Positions 10,156 to 18,648 of a stretch of DNA of 64,000 nucleotides are shown here, piece after piece. Origin of the DNA: an uncultured Clostridia bacterium (lineage in GTDB: Bacteria; Bacillota; Clostridia; TANB77; CAG-465). The position numbers and the translations under genes are program-made. The notes beneath the pieces were generated by a model. The model was given only the letters and a program-made list of their open reading frames with translations. It did not search any database and had not been told where the DNA came from. The first letter of the stretch is position 1. Every line of letters begins with the position of its first letter. Location: NCBI GenBank assembly GCA_934130325.1, contig CAKOYA010000003.1, positions 701 through 64,700 on the forward strand. The letters run 5' to 3'.

Positions 10156-10248
10156 TTTTATTGACTATTAATTTACTCTAATATATATTATTTAAGCATA
10201 TAAAAATTTAATATATAAATTTAATAATTTATGTAAGGAGGGGTAAAA

Positions 10249-10623
10249 ATGTCAACTACTTATTTAATTCCAATGGAAAGTTTATCGGCAACACCTATCG
10301 AGTTATCATTTATGGATAATTCTATCGAGCAACACACAATTTTTTTAAAGGAACCAAATGAAAACTTTTTCTTTGATTTTCCAAAAGCTTGGGAGAATTC
10401 TTTAAGTCAATTACTTGAAAACATATACAATGATATTTCAAGAAGATATACATTTTATATAACAAGTTTTGATGGAAAAAAAGTTATGAGTTATAAACAA
10501 GATATAACGGGATACAATTTTAATGAATATCTACTAAGCTTATTAAAAGTTTCCAAAGTTTTAACATTGCACATAATTAATGATATTTGTATTAAAAAAT
10601 TTATCATTTGTCTGCCATGTTAA
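10249..10623 (+). CDS. Hypothetical protein (124 aa)
   Basis: The ORF has a strong RBS (AAGGAGGGGTAAAA-ATG). I recognise no family. Confidence 0.55.
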   Translation: MSTTYLIPMESLSATPIELSFMDNSIEQHTIFLKEPNENFFFDFPKAWENSLSQLLENIYNDISRRYTFYITSFDGKKVMSYKQDITGYNFNEYLLSLLKVSKVLTLHIINDICIKKFIICLPC

Positions 10624-10631
10624 TTAAGGTC

Positions 10632-10670
10632 AAAAAACTTCCCTCTACAATTTGTAGAGAGAAGTTTTTT
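10632..10670. terminator. Bidirectional terminator shared by the 124-aa ORF and spoIIE
   Basis: AAAAAACTTCCCTCTACAA/TTTGTAGAGAGAAGTTTTTT: a long stem flanked by A and T runs. Confidence 0.7.
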
Positions 10671-10685
10671 CTAAATATCTATTTA

Positions 10686-13034
10686 TTAATTCACAATTTT
10701 TGATACTATAATTGTTACATCATCATCGAGTAAACCTTTATTTTCTTTTAATATAAATTTTCTAAGTTCATCAGCTATTACTTTGCTACTTTTATTTACA
10801 TCTATATTTAGTAAATGATTATTAAAGTAATTATTATTTATATCCATATCATCTTTTACAACTCCATCAGATATTTGTATCACTATACTGTTATTTTTTA
10901 ATTTCTTACAGATTGGAATATAATCAGTTTCATTTATTACACCAACTGGCATTGATGAAGATGTAATTGTTATAACTTTTCCATCCTCTATAATATACGT
11001 TGGTGCAGCCCCAAATTTTATAAATTGGGCTTCTGAAGTTTTTAAATCAAATATTAAAGCATCTATAGTTGAAAAATTAGTATCATCAGACTTTAATTTA
11101 ATTACACTATTTATAATTTCTATAGATTTTTCTTCATCAAATCCTCCTGCAAGTAATTTTTCAAACATCGCAACTATAGAATTAGATAATTTTGCCGCTT
11201 CCGCTCCAGATCCAGCTCCATCAGATATAACAGACAAATTCTTAAGATCCGAAAGTTCCATAGAAAGATATGAATCACCTGATATTTCTTCACCGGACTT
11301 AATTTCAGACACTATCGAAGTTTGAATGTCGTAGTCTGGTTTTGATACAAGTTTTATTTTTGATTTTTCCTTTTTACTACTATTTAATATAAGTTTTATA
11401 GACATTGTTTGTTCTAAAATATTTGAAGTAATATCTATTATCTCCTTTTTTTGAGCGTCTATATTAGTTAAAATATCCGTAACAAATATATACTCAATAG
11501 AGTCATTCTCTTTTTTATAACTATCTTCATATACAATATAGCCATAAAACTTAAGTTCGTCTCTTAATTTTTCTAAAGATTTATCTTTTACAATTGCATT
11601 TTCTTTTAAATTTTTCGCAACCGTAGAAAGTATTTTTGACACCTCTTTATATTGACTAGATATTTTTTGAGATACTTGCTTTTCTTTTTTTTGTAATATT
11701 CTAGTTAGTTTCATGCTATCATATACCTCAACTATATCTTCTATTATCTCATTTGAAACATTACATTTTATGTTAAACATTGAAGAAGTAATCTTTTCAT
11801 TATTATCTAATTTTTCTACCAAATAGTTAACTAGTATATCTAATTCTTTATCATCTACACAATGTCCTTTTTCTTCACATTCTAAACAATTATTTTCTAT
11901 ATAATCTAAAATAAATTTTTTTATTACACTTTTGGTTTCCTCAGTATTTTCAGGAGTATTTTCAATTTCTATATCTGCTAAAGTATTAAAAACATCAGAT
12001 ACAGCCCCTATTTTCTGCTTTGCAACATTTGCACTTCCAAGTACATTGTCATAAGTTTTATTTAATGTTTTATTTTTATTAAATAATTTATCAAGTTTAA
12101 GTTCCACAGTTTTAGGCATAAATAATAAGCTAATTGAAGCAATTAACATTTCACTTAATCTAATAGTAAGTTCAGAAAATCCACTAGAATAATATGATAT
12201 ATATACATTTCCTATTATAAAACCTATGATTATAGCAATTTTACCAAATCTACTTAATATACCTGCTATTGCACCACTTACTGCTAAAGACACAATAAAA
12301 GACATATTTGTATCCACAATCCCGGTAAGCATTAATCCAATTAAAAGACCTGCTGTACTACCAAGTATGGCACCATTTTTCCAACCATATATTAGTATTA
12401 ATATCATTATAATTATATTATATATACTAAATCCAAACAAATTTATATTACTTAGTACACCTAATGAACTTGCAATTACAGTAATCATTGCGATACTTTC
12501 TTCTTTAGAATATACATATGCTTTTCTTAAATTTACAATAACGGATATTCCTGGAATAAATATAAAATATAAAATTGTACTTATAACTATACTAGTTAAT
12601 ATACTAATTATACCAGAAAAAAAAGTACCAAGTATAATATTACTCACAATTTCTACAATAATATTTGTAATTAAAAGTTTAATAAAAACTGAGTATTTTT
12701 TTCCTATTCCTTCAATATTTATAAAAGCCGTTATTAAAGAAAATATAACAAAAGAAACCAAAAGCTTTACTACAACTAATGTAGTAGCCTTTGTTACAGC
12801 TAGTCCAATAATAGATGCTAGTAAAACCAGTATAAGTGGAACATTAAAAACACCAGCTGCCCCTAATAAAACCATTTGAAATGGTTGGTACTCTCCCATA
12901 AAACTTTGTGAAGAAAAAAGTAAAGATAATATTATAAAAATTACGTTAGGTAAATTAACTCCTTTTTTTAAGTATTCCCAAATAGCATTAAGTTTTTCAA
13001 AGAAGTCGCTTTCTACATACTTATTATAAATCAT
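10686..13034 (-). CDS. spoIIE: Stage II sporulation protein E (SpoIIE), a PP2C phosphatase with a polytopic N-terminus
   Basis: 782 aa with ~10 N-terminal TM helices and a C-terminal PP2C-like region (SGDSY...SDGAGSG...SDGV). Confidence 0.88.
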   Translation of the reverse strand: MIYNKYVESDFFEKLNAIWEYLKKGVNLPNVIFIILSLLFSSQSFMGEYQPFQMVLLGAAGVFNVPLILVLLASIIGLAVTKATTLVVVKLLVSFVIFSLITAFINIEGIGKKYSVFIKLLITNIIVEIVSNIILGTFFSGIISILTSIVISTILYFIFIPGISVIVNLRKAYVYSKEESIAMITVIASSLGVLSNINLFGFSIYNIIIMILILIYGWKNGAILGSTAGLLIGLMLTGIVDTNMSFIVSLAVSGAIAGILSRFGKIAIIIGFIIGNVYISYYSSGFSELTIRLSEMLIASISLLFMPKTVELKLDKLFNKNKTLNKTYDNVLGSANVAKQKIGAVSDVFNTLADIEIENTPENTEETKSVIKKFILDYIENNCLECEEKGHCVDDKELDILVNYLVEKLDNNEKITSSMFNIKCNVSNEIIEDIVEVYDSMKLTRILQKKEKQVSQKISSQYKEVSKILSTVAKNLKENAIVKDKSLEKLRDELKFYGYIVYEDSYKKENDSIEYIFVTDILTNIDAQKKEIIDITSNILEQTMSIKLILNSSKKEKSKIKLVSKPDYDIQTSIVSEIKSGEEISGDSYLSMELSDLKNLSVISDGAGSGAEAAKLSNSIVAMFEKLLAGGFDEEKSIEIINSVIKLKSDDTNFSTIDALIFDLKTSEAQFIKFGAAPTYIIEDGKVITITSSSMPVGVINETDYIPICKKLKNNSIVIQISDGVVKDDMDINNNYFNNHLLNIDVNKSSKVIADELRKFILKENKGLLDDDVTIIVSKIVN

Positions 13035-13136
13035 ATATTACACCTCTCATTTATTACTTTTTATACTATATATTTTACAATATTTATTTCTATTTTTTTG
13101 TCGTTTTTTAAAGTCGATTAAATCTTTTATTATATA

Positions 13137-13167
13137 AAGTAGCCTAAAGAAACTTTAGACTACTTTA
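13137..13167 (-). terminator. Terminator after the 428-aa gene
   Basis: AGTAGTCTAAAG-ttt-CTTTAGGCTACT on the minus strand, followed by a T-rich tail. Confidence 0.6.
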
Positions 13168-13170
13168 TAC

Positions 13171-14457
13171 TTAAATATTTACCTTCTCTTTTCTTGGTCT
13201 ACCAACTTTTCTCTTTGTTTCTTTTTTGCTAGTTTCATCTTTTTTCTCAACTTTTGCTTTAGGCTTTCTGCCTCTCTTTGCTTTTGGTTTTTCTTGATTT
13301 TCTTTATTTTCAATGATCACTTCTTTATTCTCTTCAACAACAGTTTCATCTATTTTTTCAATTTCAAGATTTTCTTTAATTAATTCTTCAACCTCTTCAG
13401 GATGTTCTAATACTTCTTCTTTTTCTTCCTCTTTAGGATTTAGGTCTTCATCTAATATTTGTTTTACTTTCTCTGAAAGAGTTGATTCCTGAGCTCTTTT
13501 TTCAACAAATCTATCCAACTGATCATAATCTAAATTTGCTAACAATTTTGAATACTCAAGATACTCATCTTCTGTTGAAATCGTTCTATGTACATCGTTT
13601 ACCATTGTTTTTATTTTTAAGTCGTATACTTCTTTATACATACGAACATAATCTTTTATATCAATTATGTTATTTTCTAAACTTTCATCGTATATTCCTT
13701 GTAATTTTTGAAAAATTTTATCTATAACCTTAAAATATCTATATGAATTTTTACATATATTAATAACTAAATTAAACTCATACATGTGTTTATCAATATC
13801 TGATTCTATTCCCTTAATCATTGTTTCAATTACAAATTCTATAAGTTCTCTTTCATCACTAGGTAATTTAGATATATCATAATTATCATTTATATAACTA
13901 ACATATTCATCTACACAATCGAATAAATTTTTATACATTTCATCAGTATATTCTTCAGTTTGAATCTTCATGTCAATTTCTTCAGCAGTTTTTATAACCT
14001 TATTATATCTTTGAGATTTCCCCTCATCTTTTATATTTTGTTTTACTGCATCTATTGCAGACGAAATAGATAATAGATTAAATTTTATATCTTCTCTTGA
14101 TTTAAACTTAGCACGTGTAACTCTATCATACTCCATTTCCAAAAATGTTTTCTGTAATTCTAATCTTTCTATCTTATCTGTAGAATTTATTTTATCAACA
14201 ATATCACTAGGATATGATATTTTTAATTCATACATCTCCCTTTGCATTATATCATACTGATATTTTACAAATACTATTTCTCTTAATATATTTTCTTGAT
14301 ATAATCTCTGTTCTTCGCCTTCGGTTTTGTGTATAACGGCCAAATGTTCATCTATTGCTCTGTTCATTTTATTCATATTTACCATTATTACTACACTTTG
14401 TATTACCCTATCGAAAAGATTTATTTTTTTCTTGGATCCTACTACTATATCAGCCAT
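13171..14457 (-). CDS. Hypothetical coiled-coil/acidic protein with two C-terminal AT-hook-like motifs
   Basis: 428 aa. The tail reads ...KPKAKRGRKPKAKVEKKDETSKKETKRKVGRPRKEKVNI (GRP core). The gene has its own promoter and terminator. Confidence 0.6.
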   Translation of the reverse strand: MADIVVGSKKKINLFDRVIQSVVIMVNMNKMNRAIDEHLAVIHKTEGEEQRLYQENILREIVFVKYQYDIMQREMYELKISYPSDIVDKINSTDKIERLELQKTFLEMEYDRVTRAKFKSREDIKFNLLSISSAIDAVKQNIKDEGKSQRYNKVIKTAEEIDMKIQTEEYTDEMYKNLFDCVDEYVSYINDNYDISKLPSDERELIEFVIETMIKGIESDIDKHMYEFNLVINICKNSYRYFKVIDKIFQKLQGIYDESLENNIIDIKDYVRMYKEVYDLKIKTMVNDVHRTISTEDEYLEYSKLLANLDYDQLDRFVEKRAQESTLSEKVKQILDEDLNPKEEEKEEVLEHPEEVEELIKENLEIEKIDETVVEENKEVIIENKENQEKPKAKRGRKPKAKVEKKDETSKKETKRKVGRPRKEKVNI

Positions 14458-14530
14458 ACACTATCCTCTCCTTATAACATTTACATATAAAAATTTTCAA
14501 TCAGATTTATATGCAATAATAGTCACTTAT

Positions 14531-14558
14531 ATTATATCTTTTTTTTTGACAATTGCAA
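14531..14558 (-). promoter_or_regulatory. Putative SigA promoter of the 428-aa gene, with a 9-nt homopolymer in the spacer
   Basis: The minus strand reads TTGCAA-TTGTCAAAAAAAAAGA-TATAAT (16-nt spacer containing A9). Confidence 0.4.
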
Positions 14559-14684
14559 GCATTTAAAAGAAATTTTACAAAAATGTTACAAAAAAAATAT
14601 CTAAAAGTAATACAAAACTTTTTTACTGTGATTTACACAGAAATATGTCTAACTTGAGTTAATTTTTTAATTTTCAATAAGCCT

Positions 14685-17600
14685 TTACATACAACTATTT
14701 TTTCTGCATATACATGCATATTTACAGTATTTACAATAATCTGCTTTTCTATTTGGTGAGATCTTAACAACACCATTTAATATTTGATCTCCTATATCCT
14801 TAAGTATCTTTTGAACCTCTTTAGAAAGTTCAAAGAATTTTTCTTTTTCTAAAAGTTTTTGACTTGGTCTATTTATACTACTTTTTGAAACATCTATCAA
14901 TCTTTTACTATTATCAGAAATTTTATTGTCCATTTTTTCAAGAATTTTTATATCCTTTAAATAAATCCCTTTAAGTCTTAACTTTTTTACTATTTCAGTT
15001 TTTAATTTTTCATCATCATCTGTATAGTCCATTAAATTAATAAGTTTATCAGATAAATTAAAATAGACACACGCAGCTGGTATAACGTTTTGTCCTTTTT
15101 TTTCTAATGTATTTGATACACACATTAAATATGTCATAAGTTGTAATGAAATTCCTTCTTTTATGCTATCAATTTCAAGAGTTTTTTGAGATGATTTATA
15201 ATCAACTACCCTAATATATGAAGTATCATCTTCTTTTAATATATCCACTCTATCTATCTTACCTATAATTTGCATATTTTTATCATCACTTATTTTTATT
15301 TCCATAGGTGCATAAATACTTCCATTTTTAAATTCTATTTCATATCCTAATGGTATAAATTCACTTTGGTTAAAACTTTTTGCAATAACAGTTATCACAT
15401 TTTGCATAGTATTTAATAATTTTTGTTTTAGTACTATAAATTTTATATTCTCTTTATGCCTCTTTAATATAACATTAAAATCTTCCTCTAAAATATCATT
15501 TAATTTATTTATATAAATTTCATTTAAACTCTCGCCATCTACTAAAATTTCATGCCAAGATACATTATTTTTTAATAAATAGTTAGAAAATCTATCCAAT
15601 ACATCATGCATAAAAGTTCCAGTATCTAAATTCGTTATTTTATATTCAACATTTGGTTTTATATTTAAAGAATATTCAATAAAATATGAAAATGGGCATT
15701 TTTTAAAAAGTTCTAATTTTGATACACTTGTTTTTAAATCCTTACCATACAATATTTTTATACTATTATCATTTAAGTTTTCATCATTCTTTTTATAGTG
15801 TAGTATTTCGTTATATTTTTTTTCATTTTCAAAATATTTAATTAGTGCAACAGTTTTTAAATTGAATTTTTTATCTTTAATACTATTTACTAATTCCTCA
15901 AATAACTTCTCTTTTGAAAGATTTTTATTTTGTACATTTTCCTCGGTAACATCTCCTAATATTTTAATATCTAAAATATTCTTTATAATTGTAACTAAAT
16001 TAGATTTTCTTAGTGATTTTCCTAAAATATCAGATGACAATATATAAATTTTTAAACAATCGGTTGTATTTGAAATAGCCTCATATATATTGTATAATTC
16101 CATATTATATTTAGAAATACTTGATTTTTTAAATTCAATATTTTTATTACTAAGTTTTTCAATTTCAATATCTGAAAAAAATATATCCTCTTGAACTTCT
16201 CTTGGAAATACTCCTTCATTTACACCTACAAAATATGAAAACTTCTTTTCATTACTTTTTGAAACATCAATATCCAAAATACTCACACAATCAATTGTTG
16301 GTGGAATTGATTTTATATAACACTCAGATAATCCTATCTTAAATATGTTAAAAAAGTCAGACATAGATATTTTTTGCCTTTTATAAATATTGCTAATACT
16401 TTCTAGTAACTTTACAATATTTTCCCAAACTTGCTCTTCGAAAAAACTATCTTGTACCTCTTTCTTTTTTTGTAAACTTTCATTATACAATTCTAATACA
16501 TTGTTTTTTATTAAATGTTCATACAAGGTATCAATAATAACTGAGGTATTTGTAAGTTTAAGATTATCTGGCATACTGAATATATTATTTATTATATCTC
16601 TAGTTTGATTTAAAGCATCAATATCATATATGTAATCAGAATCTTTTTTATTATTTATAGTAATTTCTTTATTCAAAGTATTTTTTCCAAGATTAAATTC
16701 TGTCACATAATTTTCAAGTTCCGACACTTTTTCCAAACTAATGTCATTTAACCCAAGTTTTAAAATCTCTATTATTTTTTCATATGTAACTTTTTCGCTT
16801 AACATTGCAATATACTTTTTTATATATATAACTAGACAAGATTTTTCTATACTCTTTTTATTATCTAAGTAATAAGGTATGTTATATTCATAAAAAATTC
16901 TTTGTATTATACTTGAATACTGCTCCACATTTGTAGTATATATTACAAAATCTTTATATCTATTATTATCTTTAATTTTTTTCTTAATATCCTCTGCTAT
17001 TGTTCTTATCTCACTATATATGTCTTTTTTTAAGTAAATACTTACTGAATTATTATCTACTTTTTTCATTTCATTTTTACTATTAGAAAAAATATTGTCT
17101 GCTAAGTACTTTATACTTTTATTTGCATTTAATTTATTATCAATGAATATATTATTTTCAACCAAAATATTATTTCTATTGCAAATTTTGAGTAATTTCA
17201 TATAAGTAGAATTTGGTACCTCAAAAATAGGATTTGTATTATTACATTGTATATCTAAAACCGAAGATATGTCTGTAGTAAGTGATATTGTGACACTTGC
17301 TCCACCTTTTAATAACGTTTCAATAAATAATAGTTCTGTATTTGTAAAATTATTATATCCATCAAAAAATACATCTACTTTACTAAAGTCATATTTATTT
17401 GAAATCTTTTGTATAAATAACTCTATTTCATCTAATGTATTTGAGAAACTTTCATTCATATTTGATAAATATTTTGAATATAATTTGACTACTTCACTTA
17501 ATTTATTTTCTAATATTTTGTCACCTAAAGATATGTTTTTTAACTTTTCTACATTAATATTTTCCTTTTTAAATATATCCATATACATATATATATTCTC

Positions 17601-17954
17601 TATAAATCCCTGTTTGTTTTTCACACCAGCAAAAGTATCAAATATATCATTATTTTCAAGTATGGTCTTAGATAATAATATTTTTTTATCTAATTTTGTT
17701 AACTTGCTTTCATCATAGTTTAAGTTACTATTTTTTAATTTTTCTAAAATAAAAGAGGATATAGTAGTTATATTGACTCCAATTATCCCCTTTAATTTTA
17801 ATTGCTTCATATAATTTTCTTCTGTTATTGCTCTTTTTTGGGATGGTACGAATAAAATACTTTTTTTATTAAAATCGACATTTTCTTTTATCTTACTATA
17901 TATGTATGTACTCTTACCCGTTTTAGCCTTTCCAAGCAAAAATTCTATCTGCAT
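14685..17954 (-). CDS. addB: Helicase-nuclease AddAB, subunit AddB
   Basis: Evidence includes an N-terminal degenerate Walker A (GKAKTGKST), the RecB-type nuclease motif GKIDRVD, and the Fe-S cysteines (KKCPFSYF...CKYCKYACIC). The start was refined to MQIEF (ATG 17954) after GGAGG. Confidence 0.85.
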   Translation of the reverse strand: MQIEFLLGKAKTGKSTYIYSKIKENVDFNKKSILFVPSQKRAITEENYMKQLKLKGIIGVNITTISSFILEKLKNSNLNYDESKLTKLDKKILLSKTILENNDIFDTFAGVKNKQGFIENIYMYMDIFKKENINVEKLKNISLGDKILENKLSEVVKLYSKYLSNMNESFSNTLDEIELFIQKISNKYDFSKVDVFFDGYNNFTNTELLFIETLLKGGASVTISLTTDISSVLDIQCNNTNPIFEVPNSTYMKLLKICNRNNILVENNIFIDNKLNANKSIKYLADNIFSNSKNEMKKVDNNSVSIYLKKDIYSEIRTIAEDIKKKIKDNNRYKDFVIYTTNVEQYSSIIQRIFYEYNIPYYLDNKKSIEKSCLVIYIKKYIAMLSEKVTYEKIIEILKLGLNDISLEKVSELENYVTEFNLGKNTLNKEITINNKKDSDYIYDIDALNQTRDIINNIFSMPDNLKLTNTSVIIDTLYEHLIKNNVLELYNESLQKKKEVQDSFFEEQVWENIVKLLESISNIYKRQKISMSDFFNIFKIGLSECYIKSIPPTIDCVSILDIDVSKSNEKKFSYFVGVNEGVFPREVQEDIFFSDIEIEKLSNKNIEFKKSSISKYNMELYNIYEAISNTTDCLKIYILSSDILGKSLRKSNLVTIIKNILDIKILGDVTEENVQNKNLSKEKLFEELVNSIKDKKFNLKTVALIKYFENEKKYNEILHYKKNDENLNDNSIKILYGKDLKTSVSKLELFKKCPFSYFIEYSLNIKPNVEYKITNLDTGTFMHDVLDRFSNYLLKNNVSWHEILVDGESLNEIYINKLNDILEEDFNVILKRHKENIKFIVLKQKLLNTMQNVITVIAKSFNQSEFIPLGYEIEFKNGSIYAPMEIKISDDKNMQIIGKIDRVDILKEDDTSYIRVVDYKSSQKTLEIDSIKEGISLQLMTYLMCVSNTLEKKGQNVIPAACVYFNLSDKLINLMDYTDDDEKLKTEIVKKLRLKGIYLKDIKILEKMDNKISDNSKRLIDVSKSSINRPSQKLLEKEKFFELSKEVQKILKDIGDQILNGVVKISPNRKADYCKYCKYACICRKNSCM

Positions 17955-17971
17955 TTTTTCCTCCAAATATA

Positions 17972-18523
17972 TTAATTTTCATTATCAAAATCTGACACAA
18001 CTAATTGCTCATCTTTTATTGTAATTTCCTCCAAATTTGGCAATTGATTTATACTCTCTATACCACACGATTTTAAAAACTCATTTGTTACAGAATATGC
18101 TGCTGGTCTTCCAGGCAAATTTAGTCTTGCTACTTCTTCAATAAGACCACATTCTAATAGTTTACTAACAGAAAAATCGCTATTAACTCCCCTTATTTTC
18201 TCTATCTCAGCTTTTGTTATCTTAGGATTATATGCTATAATGCTAAGAGTTTCTAAAGCAGCTGTAGATAAATTTTTTCTCTTTGTATTTTCTACAAACT
18301 TATTTACTTGCTCATAGTATTTTTTGTTAGTTACAAGTTGATATTTACCATCTATAATAATCAAAACTACACCATTATTTTCATTGTACCTATCTGCCAA
18401 CTTATATATAGCCTCTTTAATTTCCTCTTTAGTAACTTTTAAAGTTTCAGATAACTCTTCTACAGAAATTTCCCTACCAAGCGCAAATAACACAGCTTCA
18501 ATTGTATTTGATAAATTTTCCAT
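17972..18523 (-). CDS. scpB: Segregation and condensation protein B
   Basis: IEAVLFALGREISVEEL...LSTAALETLSIIAYNPKITKAEIEKIRGVNSD...PGRPAAYSVT is canonical ScpB. The start was refined to MENLS. Confidence 0.9.
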   Translation of the reverse strand: MENLSNTIEAVLFALGREISVEELSETLKVTKEEIKEAIYKLADRYNENNGVVLIIIDGKYQLVTNKKYYEQVNKFVENTKRKNLSTAALETLSIIAYNPKITKAEIEKIRGVNSDFSVSKLLECGLIEEVARLNLPGRPAAYSVTNEFLKSCGIESINQLPNLEEITIKDEQLVVSDFDNEN

Positions 18524-18612
18524 ATATGCTTTTTCCCCATTTCTTATTAAAATATTACAGAAATATGATATCACACATTCGTTTAATTGTAAATACAACA
18601 AAATAATAAAAA

Positions 18613-18640
18613 AACACACTAAACCGAAATTTGTGTGCTT
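18613..18640 (-). terminator. Terminator after the 495-aa gene, separating it from scpB
   Basis: The minus strand reads GCACACAAATTTCGGTTTAGTGTGT followed by TTTTTTATT. Confidence 0.5.
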
Positions 18641-18648
18641 TTTTAATA

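Noticed and set aside
12226-12879. A 217-aa plus-strand ORF inside spoIIE, and many similar 60-160-aa antisense ORFs in the track (for example 4612-5103, 17269-17718, 22452-22925, 38353-38802, 49271-49717).
   Set aside because: They lie antisense to well-supported conserved genes, lack RBSs and have low-complexity F/I/L/S-rich products. This is typical of chance open frames in AT-rich DNA.
13035-13170. Possible Spo0A boxes upstream of spoIIE (TGTCGTT at about 13100, AGTCGAT at about 13112).
   Set aside because: Each matches TGTCGAA at only 5 of 7 positions in AT-rich DNA, which is not enough to call without comparative data.
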